Shown here one piece after another: positions 39,207-54,200 of a DNA stretch of 64,000 nt. Source of the DNA: Podarcis cretensis (lineage: Eukaryota); contig OX638151.1 in the NCBI GenBank assembly GCA_951804945.1, positions 55,428,001 to 55,492,000 on the forward strand. Direction: 5' to 3'. The translations under genes and the position numbers were made by a program. A model generated the notes under the pieces. It searched no databases. It saw only the letters and a list, made by a program, of their open reading frames with translations, and was not told the DNA's origin. Position 1 is the stretch's first letter. The number at the start of each line of letters is the position of its first letter.

Positions 39207-42200
39207 GGAAAATATGTAGCTCTAATACAAAGCTGGAGTCACCTTTGCTTTGAGTTGATACCAGTTGAATGACTGAGTTGAACTGTCTTCAAAATCCCAA
39301 GATTCAAATGGGATCACCACTTCTCCAAGGAATACTCGATGTCTAAAAGTTCCAGCATGCCATACAGATATTTGCAGTTGTCGAGTTTCCAGCTGCGAGT
39401 ATTCAATCTTGTACTGTAAGCATCAAAAGTACCACAGTGAAATGCATAAGACTAACATATTTTTATGAAGTTGCAGCATTAAAATCTGCCAGATTAATGA
39501 AGGAATTCCCTCTGCTGTATAGCTATTAAAGATAAATGAGTGCTGTGCTCCAGTAAGATCAACCCATTGTGGTCTACTCACCTGGTGAGTCAGTTAATGT
39601 TTTAAAAGAAATCTGCCCATGTACTTAATCAGCATCAAAGCATGCAAATATCTTCTGAAAGTTCAGAAATCAAGTACAATTCCCTCCCTTTATGATATAA
39701 GGATGAGTATCCTGAAACACTGCACTGATGCATCACAGCAACAGCTAGTGGTACTGACTTTTCATAATGCCTTTTAATGTAAGAGTTGAATTTTTTTTTT
39801 AAGTTAGCAAGTTCAAACAGCACATGTTTGAGACATTCATTGTGAAAAGAGGAAGCTGGCACAATAGATTTTAATTCCTTTCAACTTCATAAATATTCCA
39901 TCCAAATCATGATTCTCTTCCTTTAACCTTTGAAAGAAGAGACATTTGCTCAGGCTCTTAAAAGCAAATAGTTGTCCTTTGAACAATACACAACCTTATT
40001 TTGGTTAGGATTTTTTCAAGTGCAGTCTATATAGCTTTGGCCACATCATAATTCAGAAGACAGGCAGCTATTTTAATAGAGCTATTTAAAGGCCAGGCTG
40101 ATTCTAATATATTGGAAATATATCAGTATACCGATGATACCCAAGCTGAATCAATCCAAGTTATGCAGTGAATCTGTGCAAGTGCTGTGCTGGTATCTGG
40201 AGGTACTAATGGGCTGGATGAAGGCCAATAAACTGAAGGTGAATCCCAACAAGATGGAGGCACTCTTGGTGGGAAATTGGGGAATAAACCTGTCAGGATG
40301 TGGTTAAACTCCTTCTGGAGAAGCAGGTCCATAACTTGGGGGTACTTCTTATCCAGCTTTGTCACTTGAGACCCAAGTGGCTTCCATGGCTAGTAGTGCC
40401 TATTGCCAACTCTGGCCAATTCACCAGCAGCGCCCCTTCCTGGGTCAAGATAGCTTAGCCACACAGTGGCCCAAGATAGCTTAGCCACACAGTGGCCCAA
40501 GATAGCTTAGCCACACAGTGGCCCAAGATAGCTTAGCCACACAGTGGCCCATGTTCTAGTGACTGCTAGGACAGACTTCTGCAATGTGTTCTACATGGTG
40601 CAATCTCTGAAGATGGTCCAGAAGCTGCAGCTAGTGCAGAATGCTACCACTAGGCTACTCTGTGGTATGAAGAGCCAAAATCATATTACACCTGTCCTTC
40701 AGAAGTTGTGCTGGTTGCCTATTCACTACTGGGTTCAATTCAAGTTACTAATGATAGCATATATTGACTTAGGTCCCAAACACTTAAAGGATAGCCTCCT
40801 CCTATATACACCTATTTGGCCAGATATAGGGAAGGCCCTTCTCATGGCCCCATTGATGGGCACAGCCCCATGTATAGAGCTATAGGATAGGATCTTCTCC
40901 ATGGCAATGCCTCAGTAATGGAACTTCTTTTGGAGATATGATTCACAATCTCTTCACAAAGGCATTCAGGTGAGGACTGTGGGCCAAATGTTTATTTTAA
41001 CCTACTGCTGAACTGTTTAAATGCTTTAACTGGGTGACTGCTATCAATTTTATATGTGGTTTCATCTTTTAGTTAAGCACCATTGTTAGTTAGTTTGATT
41101 TATTACGGCCATTGGCCCATATCGAAAACAATATCTCCTTCGCAGGAAGCTCTGCTTCTAGATCCACTAAAAGCAGGAGTTTAGCTGTGCACAAGAGCGA
41201 GGGTAAGAGTGGGGAACGTAGAAATCTGGATTATAAATGTTGCTTAGTGTACCTTTAATGTTTCTTGGAAGGTTGGATCCAATGTGTTCTTTTTCACAGA
41301 GGTCTTCCGTTTACTCTGAGAAGATTTATCAGGCAGCAAGCGAGTCTTGACGTACCTTGCAATCAGAGATGGAAACAGCAGTTAAGAGCCGAAGAAAGAG
41401 AGGGAGAGGAAATGAAACCACGTGCTTCCTACTACTTAATCTCTGTAGCATTTACTGATATATGTTTTCCTTGCAGCATTCTAGGCCTTTCTACATTATC
41501 AGTTTATTGTTAGCTGCACACATCAATATATATTCCCTCAAGCTAGCTGTTCCATAAATATTACATTTTCTGAGCCTTCAAAATGTAGTCTTTTGCACCT
41601 GAGGAAGAATAGAAGATTACCCCCAGCTACCACTGAGGGAATTCTTGTGCATCCATGATGATTTGTGTCTATGATGCTATTGGAGCAGTTATATGCAAAC
41701 CCCCTTTTAATACTGCTTATGCTGCCAAATGTTTTGGGGCAGACATACTGCTTCATCTCTAGTCTTGTACACCCCATAGTTTCCTGATGAAATCCTGTAA
41801 CTTTTCATACCACAAAATAACCCAAAGTGGTTGTTATTTTGTCCTGCTTTCACTGAGTTACAGTGTAAGAGGGCTCCTCTAAATGGCAATAATGAAACCC
41901 AGGATCACACTCAGTCAGTACAGCAGGAGACTCTTAATCTCAGGGTTGTGGGTTCAACCCCAACATTGGGCAAAAAATTCCTGCATTGCAAGGGGTTGAA
42001 CTAGATGACCCTTGTGGTCCCTTCCAACTCTACAATTCTGTGATTCTAACTAATAAAGCAGAATGAAGTGTGGAAAGTCCAGTATAAAGTCACCACTAAA
42101 GCACATCTTTTTGCATCAGTGCCATGTTGCAGAATATATTCACACACCAGAAGCCACTGATCTGGAGGAGCTCTGAGTTTCTTTTTTTTAAGTGTGCAGG

Positions 42201-45200
42201 TGCAGAATTCCCTGCTATTACTCAACCCAGCACTATCATACAAACCTTTTATTAAGCCTGCCCCCCCCCCTCTGCTCAAAGGATGACTTAACATGAGGCT
42301 CAAGTGCTACTCATTACACACATGCTTCTTAAAAAGCGAAACATCTTGCTTTAATCCTAGCTTTAGCATAGTCAAAGAGTAGAAAGGGCTCTTGAGGTTC
42401 AACATGACTACAACCCTGCAATTAAAGTCAGAATCTTAAACACTTATTCCAGAGTAAACTCCATGGAACTCAGTGGAACTTATGCCCAAGTAAAAATGTC
42501 TGTGGCTGGGCTTTCAAGCTATCTGGGCTTAAACAATCCTCACAAAGATACTTCCAGGGAAGTCCAGGCTAGACTCTACTTGATAAAAATCCATTTCCCT
42601 GGAAGTAATTTCTACAGTTTCACTTCTTAAAATCATTACAACAGCCTGTAGCCCCCTGATGGTCAGTAAGAGTTTGCAGTGAAATAAACTTCTGCAACTA
42701 CATCCAAGCATACCTAGATATTTTAGTCTGCATCGATCTGTAACCTCTCTGGTTTCTGAACAGCATGGGAAATAGTTGTTTTCCCCTTCTGCTTGATGAA
42801 TGTATGTATGTATGTAAACTATGAGGGACGTGGGTGGCGCTGTGGTCTAAACCACAGAGCCTAGGGCTTGCCGATCAGAAGGTTGGCAGTTCGAATCACC
42901 GTGACGAGGTGAGCTCCTGTTGCTCAGTCCCAGCTCCTGCCCACCTAGCAATTCGAAAGCACATCAAAGTGCAAGTAGATAAATAGGTACCGCTCCAGCG
43001 GGAAGGTAAACGGCGTTTCCATGCGCTGCTCTGGTTCGCCAGAAGCAGCTTAGTCATGCCGGCTCCCTCAGCCAATAAAGTGAGATGGGATCCCTTTTAT
43101 GTAAACTATATAAATAATCTACCTATTTTCTTTTAATTGACAGAGGGCCATAACACAGCAACAAAAGTCTATACCAAACGATTTCCCCAGTCTGGTTCCA
43201 TTGTCCAATGCAATTTTTAAGTGTGAACATCCAACATAAATATTCTTGGTTGAAGCATGATCCACTTTGCCTCTTGTCCTTCATACAGGCTTTAGTTATC
43301 AGTCATCCCACCTCATCTTTTTGGTAGCCATTTATATGAAAACTGAAAACCACTCCAAAGAAGGAGGGAGGGATGTTTGCAGGAGTCAAAGCTTCAAGCC
43401 CCAATTTTACTTGTATCAGAATTTCATGCCACAGGCTTTGGAAAGATAAGCCTAGACAAACTTACGGATTGCATTTTTTCTTTTTCTCCTCTCCATAAGC
43501 CAAGTTCTTGCAGGCTCTGATATATACCTCTAAAATGCCAGATTTGAAGAGATATCTGATGGCAACTTCTATCTCACCGCTGACATCAGCTTGCTCAAAG
43601 TTGCCAGCCTCAGTGCAAGTGCTGTTAATGCTGAATAAACTACCCTGTAATGAAGAAAATGAATTAATGCAATGAAAAAAGACATAATTGCTTGCTCTAT
43701 AGGGTTAACAGTGGTGCATGATAATGTAAGAGCCTTGAAATATTACAACCATCTTCATTTCTTTAATAACAACAACTATTATTATTGTTATTGTTATTAT
43801 ATTTGTACTCCACCCATCTGCCATCTTTATCATAAGATTCCTTGTGTTTCTGGAATTCCCCAAAGATAAGCAATATGTTGTCCAATATAGAACATCACTA
43901 CATTTCTCTGTGAATTTTCCACTGTTAGATTACAAGCAGTGAATTGCTAAGCTTCTACAATCTAACACAGTGACAAAAAAAATGAGTTAAGGAAGAAGTG
44001 TGTGTGTGTGTGTGTGTGTGTAATATCTATAACTTTCTTAAATTATTTTTCTATAATTTCCCCCCTTAACTGAGTTTTCTGGTCACAGAGTTTTTGGTTA
44101 AGAGTTACTTTTCCCTTAAGCTGCTTGCATATTTCCTTCCGTAGTGAACATAGGATGAAAACAGGATCACTACTTACACTTAGTTTTCCTGAAGAAAATA
44201 GGTCACTTATGGCACTGGATGGAATTAGCTCTTCACTGGATTTCCTTTTGGCAGCAACTCCATTGACACCTTGATCTCCACTTATGAGCCGTTGAAGACT
44301 TGGGGCATCATTTACCTGTAGAGAGATGTACTAATGGGTTTCTATTACTTTCCTCAATTAACTGTTCTCTGAAAATAGCTGCCCACTCCAGCAAATTGCA
44401 GCAGGTACAAGACATGCACTCATGCAGTGTATTCTCCCATTTCAAAGGATTTCCCCATGTACTTCAATGGAGGAACACAGATTTGCAAGGATATTCATTT
44501 ACAACTATGGTTACCCCTCCATTAAAGTTCATAGGGCAACTTGCAGTTCACATGGACACTTCTTCTGATTTACATTCACTAGTCTTGGGGGGATCGGTGG
44601 GGAGGGAAATAAAACAAGTAATTCCTAATTATAAATCATCACAATCAAGAAAGGAGAAACTATGTGTATTTTATTCCATTCAAAGAATCTTCTGTGTTTT
44701 CCGGGAGCAGAATTAGCAGAGTTTACTTTCAAGTGCAGAAAGCTAACCCCTGTGTGTATATTTGCTTGTAAACAGGCCTTTAAAATATACTGAATATATA
44801 TCCTACTGAATACCCTGGATGAAATATCAATGGCAGTGTCAGACAGGCTTCTCCTCTCCTTCTTTGGATCCATTGCTTGCCCATAATCTGTTGTTAGCAA
44901 CCCTTTCTCGGCTGTCATATCATTCTGGGACTTTGATATTTCTAGAATTAATAAAAGGAGAATTAAAAAAACAAAAAAACCCATCAAACATACTCAGTTT
45001 GTTTATGAAGTTAATCTATGGTCTTGTACACTACTTTGTACTATGCAAAAGATAATATTAGATTCATAACTGAAAGCATGGCTGATATTTATGATACAAT
45101 GAACACACAAAATTGAGGTGTGAAGGAAGGGTCAGGTTTTCAAGACCTGATATAAACCTACTAATAAAGAAATCAAAGTATTGCCATAAACTGGGAATGT

Positions 45201-48200
45201 ACAATACCCATATTTCCCCTAGGATTAGTCCCATATAGGTGAATAACATTATTTCATTGTATGTAATACTGTCCTTATCACAAAGAATATCAGAGACTAC
45301 ATGTCATTTTGATACTGGAAGACAGGGCCTTGAGCGCTTTTAAGTCCACAAAAGAAAGGAAATTCTGAGTCATGTCTGACTTATGAAACCATCCCATCAT
45401 TACCCTTTATAACAATCAATATTTGTTTACCCATTGCTTGCAGTAAATGGCCCATGAGACACACAAACAGTTAAATCAAATCTGATCATCTCAGATCATG
45501 TCTGTTTAGTTATTATTCACTGTCTGTGCCCATAAGCTGAGGGGCAGCTGCTGGTGGAGCAGCATATAAAAGCTTCTGTTTAGAGCCTCTCCACAAAAAC
45601 ACAAGGCCAGATATTGTTTGATGCTCTGTTGACATTTCCAACATGGGTGATACTGGAAAAGAGCTTAAACATACTGAAGTACAAAATGCAGAATTGATTA
45701 CAGAACTGAACCAATGAGTGTAAGAGCAGAAAGTGTATTATGTCCAACAATCTGTTTTCTACAGCAAGCTCCTGTATTTGTTATAACAATGAATAAAAAT
45801 GTCAATTGCAGGGAGGGGAAGTCTTGTTCCAGACATGCTCTTAGGCTGTGTATGCACTATACCTTTCAAGCACATTCAAGGCACATTCCCCCCCCCCCTC
45901 AAAGAATTTTGGACACTGTAGTTTGTTAAAGGTTGCTGGGAATTGTAATTCTGTGAGTCTACAGTGTCCAGAATTCTTTGAGAAGAAAAATGGGCTTTGA
46001 ATGTGCTAAGATACAGGATATATGCAGCCTTAGAGAGGCATATATGCAATCTTAATTTACAGGACAGCATTGGAATTTACATTTGAAGAAACTGGCTAGA
46101 ACACATCACATTAGGTCACCTCAGCTTTGAACACAACACAGCTAGAAGTTAGTCCCATTTCAGTGGAACACAGTCCTTCCAAGAAAGGGGTTCTCTGTTA
46201 CTGACAACTTTGATGCACAACAAGTCTGGAGTACTGAAAACAGGAATAATGCTAACTGTCATTACACTGCAGTAGTACCTACTGTAAGTTTTCAAGTTAC
46301 ACATAGGGTAGTTATACATATGGGTCACATTCAGTGTTTTTCTAAAAAAAAATGTTTAGGGGTACTCTCATTTTCCTACTCATATTGAAATACTGCCCCT
46401 CAATGAGGCCAAAACTAGATTCACAAAATGTTTAAGGGTATGCATACCCCCATGTCCCCCCAGAAAAAAGCACTGGTCACATTACATAGTGGTTTTCAAC
46501 CTGTGTTCCAGAAAGCCTGGGGTTCCCCAGAAGTTTATCTTGGATTATTTGACCAATAAATAAAAAAGAAACCCCAAAACCCCACACCAAGAAAAACAAC
46601 TTGTCCTCCATTATCAATTTTTCATTATCATGTGAGAGATGCAGCAACAGAAAGGGTTGGCCGAGTTCTAGCTGGTCCTCTTGGTTTATGCAAACGTGTG
46701 TGTGTTGTACAGTACCTGCACACCTATTCCTGGGTATGCACAAGGTCATTTATTTATTTTTTCTGAAAATGAAGTGGGACAAAGCTTTCCAGGTACAAAA
46801 GGCAATGTAAGGTAAAGGTAAACTGTTAAGTCCAGTCAAATTTGACTATGGGGTGGGCACTCATCTCTGCTTTCATGCCGAGGGAGCCAGTGTTTGTCTG
46901 CAGACAGCTTTTCCAGGTCATGTGGCCAACATGACTAAACCGCTTCTGGCACAATGGGACACCATGACAGAAACCAGAGTGCACGGAAACACTGTTTACC
47001 TTCCTGACACAGCGGTACCTATTTATCTACTTGCGCTGGTATGCTTTCAAACTGTTAAAACTAAGCCAAAACCGTGGTGGCCTTGGTATGCAATCTAACA
47101 ATAACTAGGCACAACTAAACAAAAATTTTTTTCCTTCCAGTAGCACCTTAAAGACCAACTAAGTTAGTTCTTGGTATGAGCATGCACACGAAAGCTCATA
47201 CCAAGAACTAACTTAGTTGGTCTTTAAGGTGCTACTGGAAGGAAAAAAATTTTTGTTTTGACTATGGCAGACCAACACGGCTACCTATCTGTAATAGGCA
47301 CAACTAAGGCCCAGTTCTCACATCGTGATTGAATGCTCCTCCAGTGGGTGGGTGGGTACACATACATACATAGAAAAGTGTCATTTCAGGACCAAAAGAA
47401 CTCTGTTGGATCAAATCACAGGCCCATCTAATGTAGTATCCTGCTGGCCACAAGCCTCTTGTAAGTTCACATGCATGGTTTAAGAACAACAGTTCTTTCT
47501 GGCTGTTGCTCCCCAGAAACTGGTATTCCAAGCTATAGTTCCTCTGAATCTGAAATTCCATGCAGCCATCATGTTAATAGCCAGGAAGAAATCTAGGAAA
47601 GAACCCATTTCCCCAGTATTTAGCTTTCTGCATACATTTTTTTTTTTTGGGGGGGGGGGTTCAATTATGGAGAGGAATTCAATCATGTCAGCCTCCAACT
47701 TGCAACATTATGTCGTACACTTAAGGTACAGGCTTACCACTTCACTAGCTCTACTAGTGAAGTTGAAATCAACTGAGTATTTGGGTCAGATGTGCAATCT
47801 ATTCTTGAGGACTGAACTCAAGTAAATCACTTTTGCCAGCTTGCAGCAGAAGCTGGCTATATACAGTAGCAATTGAATGGCGTCCATGCTGTCACCAAAT
47901 AATGTTTCCTGGAACAGTTTTCAACTTTTGAAAACCTCATTGTTATTTTCACTAAAATTAAGGTGCTGAATGAATACTTCAGAGCATAAATAAACAAGCT
48001 GCACCTTAAGCAATTAAAAAATAGCCAGCATGTTCCAAACACAATGTGGGAGGATCACAATGTAAACTAAAAAGTAGTACTGGAATCAGAAGCAAGTGTG
48101 CCTGTTATTTTCAAAATTTTGACATGGGGAGCTGCTTCCCTTCGTGGACCCTGGAGAAAAAACCACCAACTCCTCTACTTAGAAGAGGTTGAATTCTCCC

Positions 48201-51200
48201 CTCTGCTTTCCATTAAATGGCCTGACCCATCCTCTCAAGCTGAAACATTCTGCTGCTTGCTTTAGAATAGCAAAGTCCTTAAGAACACTTACTTTTTATA
48301 TGTGATGTAAATGTCAGAAACAGATTTTCCATAGACCTGTGGAAACTTTTAGTCTGGTCAAGTTCCTGCAATACAGGGTGAAAATAAAAAGATAAAAGTG
48401 GTAAAAGAAGGAGTTGTGTTTTCAAGGCTTCTCGAGTCACATGCTCTTAGAAACCTACAAAAAAAAGTGCATGTGTGCAAACAGAGCTATCATATCCATA
48501 GCCAAGCAATTAAGGGAAATGTTTTGGCATGACTTGAGCTGTATGTGTTTGCAAAAAGGACACACAGGTCAGTTCAATCCTTTTCTATCTACCACAGCAC
48601 AAATATGCTGTAATGATGTTACAAATAAAAGCAAGTAGCTTATCAAATGGAACATATTTAGGTGAAGAGCTGCAGCTCTGTGGTAGATCATCTGCTTTGC
48701 ACACAGAAGGTCCAAGATTCAGTCGTCAGCACCTCCAGGTAGGGCTGGGAATGTTCCCTGTCTGAAACCCTAAAGAGTCACTGTCAGTCAGTGCAGACAA
48801 TACTGAGCTAGATGGACTCAGTATAAAGCAGCTTCCTATGTTCTTGCATCTGGATTTTGATAATAACATGTGTAATTCATTTTTGCATTTATACAGAAAT
48901 ATCTGTTTTGGGCTTGTGGATCAAGGTACACACATATTCCACATTGCCTAGCAAACATAGTTGGAGCCTTAGAAGTGAACACCCATGAAACTTCTTAGGA
49001 ATTTGGGGGAGTAATCCCATGACACACATTGGTTGCAAAAGCCAGGGACAAAACTACATGTAACATGAATCATGTAGCTCTGCCCTTTAAGGCCACAGTG
49101 TTTTTGGCTTTTTGACATATAGCCAGCGCAGGCAGGCTTTGTTTCAACTGAACCTTTTTTTTAACAATGCAAATTGCAGATGTGGAGGGCTCTATCCAGA
49201 TTAGTCCTGCAGCAGAAGGATGTCACGCCCAGATCTGGATCAGTGACCCCACACTGCCTTGTAAAAAAAAAGACCACCACCACACATTTCCTTGCACTTA
49301 AGGAAAGAGCTACATGAACCATGTCATATGTAGTTTGGCCCCAACTTTTGGTGGTGCACCAGGGTGAGGCAGGGTTTCCCATACTTGGGTCTTCAGCTGT
49401 TGTTGGACTACAAGTCCCATCATCCCTAGCTAGTTGCTCAGGTATGATGGGAATTGTAGTCCAAAAACAGTTGGAGACCCAAGTATGGGAAACCCTGCAG
49501 AGAGATTATTTGACACTGATTGGACTTCTACTCTGATTGCTGGGGCAGTAATTTATTGATATATTTATTTATTTGTACATATAGCCTGCCCTTCACTGAA
49601 TGGTCCCATGGGAAATTACCTAAGATACCACATTTTAAAACAATATACAACTTTCGTTAAAATCAGTAAGTTAAAGGACCACAAAAATTGACAAAATCCC
49701 CTGAATGGCAAAAACAACAATATAGCAGGAGGGGGAAAACAATGCACCCACCCAAATGCCTGAGTAAAGAAGTGTATCTTTACCAGTTGCCGAAAGGTAT
49801 GCAATCTGGTGCAAGACGCATCCTGGTGGCTTATAAAGAAACAAAAGTAATCTGTATTGCAATCCTGTACGTGCCCATTAAAAAACAAGTCCCACTGAAT
49901 TCAATGGTGTTTACGTCCAAGTGAGACAATACAGGATTGCAGCCTTTCAGTCAGTCTTCTGCTCCTTGCCACTGGTGTACAATAGGACCGAGTTAACCTT
50001 CTTCAATCATCCCTATTTCAAAAATATTCATATTTATCTAGAAAACTAACAAATGAGTTCAGTGGCGCTTACTGCTAGGTAAGTGCATTTAGGACTGCAC
50101 TCTGAAAAACATAAAATGCACTCAAAGGCACAAGTCTGTCAGGAAAACAAAAATTAAAAGAAAATGTGCTAAAAGGGAATAATTGTGCTAAAAGATGTGG
50201 TGCTACATTGAATTGAAAGATAGAAGTATACATTACCACTGTATTATGTTCACTTGTGGATTCAGCAAATGGAGGGGGAGTTGGAGGAACCACTGATATG
50301 TTACTGAGAATTTAAGGAGAACAGAATTTTACCATAAAGATGTAAGTTCATTTCTGACATACTGTATTCGCTATATCTCCTATACTCCATTTTAAAACCC
50401 ATCAACCACCATTTCAAAGAGATCAATCACCCAAAAAAATCAATAAAAATATAATAGCATAAAATAATCACAAAAATCAATCAAAGCAGAACAGCACTAG
50501 ACATTAGAGACCAACAATGTTATATTTAATGTAAAGGGTAAATAAGTTTATTTTAGGGAACAGAGATGGCTGCAAAATTAATCAGTTGTTTACGTGTATA
50601 AAACAGAAAGCAGATTATGTTAGAAGTAATTGGATGCTTTAAAGGTTACTATAGTAGGTAACAGTAGTATTTCTTTAACAATGTTTAAACAATACTTATT
50701 GGCATTTAAATTTATACTTATATGGTTTATGGTTTATATTTAATAATGCTGGAATATATTTATTTATAAATTAGGTGGAATATGAAAGGACAGTAACTCA
50801 AATTTGTAAGCACACTATCTTATCATTCCCTTTATTGTGTTGATCATTTAATATAATAATAAAAACCATGGTAATAAATAATTGTAGACATTAAATATGA
50901 AAGGAAAATAACCAGGGGAATGGCAGACATTCCTAGAAAATGAATTTCATATCGGAGGTGACAAAACTTGTCATACCACAAATCCTTCTCAGCTTAACCT
51001 CCAAAACAGAGAAGAAGAAGAAGAAGAAGAAGAAGAAGAGGAGGAGGAGGAGGAGTTTGGATTTGATATCCCGCCTTTCACTCCCCTTCAGGAGTCTCAA
51101 AGCGGCTAACATTCTCCTTTCCCTTCCTCCCCCACAACAAACACTCTGTGAGGTGAGTGGAGCTGAGAGACTTCAGAGAAGTGTGACTGGCCCAAGGTCA

Positions 51201-54200
51201 GCCAGCAGCTGCATGTGGAGGAGTGGAGACGCGAACCCGGTTCCCCAGATTATGAGACTACCGCTCTTAACCACTACACCACACTGGCACTCAGTGTCTA
51301 AGATCCGTTAGATAATCTGCTGCATCTATTGACTGTGAAATGAAGTATACCATCACAGTATTGGATGCAGGTTCTGTATATTTTGACATTGGAAAGAATT
51401 CTTTAGGCTAAGTTATGGAAAAATACCCCAAAACTGAGCAAAGCAAATTTTATTAGGAAGTTGTGGGAACAACAAACATTCTGAGGTTAACAACATTGAA
51501 AAATAAGGGAAAATACCATGAAATATTATACAGATAGAATCCAATGTCTTATTACTTTACAAGAAAATCAAGGATATTGGGAAGTCAGATAAATTATATG
51601 TTGCTGTAGAAAATGTTGACATTGTACAAGAGTGTACTAAAGTGTAAGTAAGAATTTTATTTTACTATATAAGAAAAAAAATAGTGCAAATAAACATTTA
51701 AGCCACTTTATTCTTCTGTTATTCTGTTATTACTAATTGTAATACTGATTACTCTTTTGATTATTTTGTATTATATTGAATAATAAAAAAACATTTTGCT
51801 TTATATTGTATCATGAAATCTTTTTAAAATACAGTGGTGCCCCGCAAGACGAACGCCTCGCAAGACGGAAAACCCGCTAGACGAAAGGGTTTTCCATTTT
51901 GGAGGCGCTTCGCAAAACGAATTTCCTATGGGCTTGCTTCGCAAGACGAAAATGTCTTGCGAGTTTTTCTGACTTTTTTCCCCTCCCCCCCTTTTTCTAA
52001 GCCGCTAAGCCGCTTATCAGCTGATCCGCTAAGCCGATAAGCCGCTAAAAGCCGCTAAAAGCCGCTAATAGCGTTAATCCGCTAAGCCGTCAATGGGCTT
52101 GCTTCGCAAGACCAAAAAACCGCTAGACGAAGAGAATCGCGGAACGGATTCTTTTCGTCTTGCGAGGCACCACTGTAGTGGGAAAGGGAATCTACCAAAT
52201 ATTTCTTCAGGAGAACTATGGCAGATCCTGTGATATTTACCATCAACTAAGGGCTGAAGTTACATGCAGAGTTAAGCATTTTGCTGAGAAGTGACTTTTC
52301 AGCCTTAATGCTTAACTTAAACATTCAATAAGCATTCCCCCTACAACATATTTGCTGCTTGTCTGTCACATTCCTGACAGTCTTGGTATTTACTTTTAAC
52401 CTTTACTCTTTCAGCAGAGCAAGGCATTGAGCAAGATTTTACTGAAAATTAACAAACCACTTAATCTGTCTCAGGGTTAAGGGCCACCATACTAATGTGT
52501 GAGGTCACAGCTAGCGGTCTAGCAGCGTAGGTAGGGGTGAGAATCCCTGCTCCACCATACTGTGAGCACTGCAGTTCCCCATGTGATAACCCCAAGAAGC
52601 CATACTACAGTGCCACATAGCGGTATCTAGCTGTACTGCAATATTGAGGGAGGCAGAGCTTTGGATGGGCATGGCTGTAATTTTGTCACAAGCCTACTAG
52701 GATCAAAGAAAAGCTGGTATAATTCCATGCTGGTTTTCCACAGGATTTAGGGAGCGAGATCAGAGTTGTTGAGTTGGGTTTTTTTTTGGTCGATCACTGG
52801 AGATCAACAAGGATTGACCAGGAACAGCCCGCGATCGACTGGTAGATCGTTATCAACCGGTTGGACAGGCCTGCTATATTAGATACAGGATTGACTACAC
52901 CACTGTAGCTAAAGTGAGCCCATATAACAGGCTTGCCTGTCCCACTGAACAAAACTCTCACTCTGAGACCCCTGAAAGAAATCATAGAAAGCGATGAGAA
53001 TGTAATCAGGACATTTTGCTGTCCCAAACCACTGATGTGTGATCCAATAGATGCCTCCCATAATCTTTGCAGTGTTGCACACAAGTTTTGAATTGTCAGC
53101 GACTGCTCATGATCTGGGCCTTCCATCACATATCTTCTGAGATGCTGCAAGAGATCCTTTGATACCTATCGAAAAACTGACTGCTGCTTCACTAGCATCT
53201 CAATAAATATCACAGCCTCCATGACAGTACTTGGCTTGCTTGTACAGTGGGACTTTGATGAACATACACCCAAATGGAGCACAAGCTGACTGGTCTGAAG
53301 GGTGCAACTACATGCTAAGAAAAACATGGGGGCTACCACCAAAAATGGCAGCCCTGCGCTAAGATCCCTCCCCTTCCTCCATAACATCTAGTGCAACTTG
53401 CCTTATATGACCTAACAGAATCAAGTGATTCTGCCGCATAATTGCCTACTAATGAGAGTGACAGGGAAACATACCAAGTAATGACAACAAGGCATGGGAT
53501 AAGTTGTACGAGACATTACAGGCAGCAGGTAGATAACTTGACATGGGAATAAAATAAAATAAAAAAATCCTTCCAGTAGCACTTTAGAGACCAACTCATT
53601 TTTGGTGACAGCCTTGCTTTTATTATATTATTACTTTTATACCCCACTTTTCTTCCAAGAAGACATTCATGGTCCTTCCACTCCCCATTTTATCTTCACA
53701 ACAACCCTGTGAGGTAGGCTAGGTTGAGAGACTGTGACTGCCCTAAGGTCACACAGTGAGATTCATGGCTGAATGGGGATTTGAACCTTGGTTTACCAGG
53801 TCCTAATCCAATACACTAACCACTACAATACTCAGGCCCTACTAGGTTTTGTTCTATGCTAACTTGTTTTAAAAGCACAGCAAAAACACCAAAATAAGTT
53901 TTAGATTTCTGCTTGTTCTATTGCAAGCTTTTAAAATTAAACCTTGGCATCTGCAGGTAGCTTCAGGGGGCAGATTATTTTGTACTGCACAATACACTCC
54001 TTGTGCAATACATCCACCTCTAGGACAAGCTCACCTTCTTGTCCTTACCTTAGTAGTGCTTGATAAGAGTCCAAGAGCTTTGCCCCAGCAGTTTCATATC
54101 TACCTGTGAAGCAAGAGGGGGGAAAAACCCATCAAGGTCATTTGCTAGCAATAAAATTCTATTTACAAACCAGTTCTTTGTCACAATTTGCTGTCATTTA

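Noticed and set aside
40446-40549. CRISPR-like array (also the 32-bp array at 61117-61294)
   Set aside because: Units are head-to-tail with no unique spacers, no cas genes, and the context is a vertebrate intron or LTR.
41905-41970. tRNA genes (also SINE heads at 18395, 42825, 48665)
   Set aside because: Degenerate cloverleaf fused to SINE bodies or LINE-derived tails.
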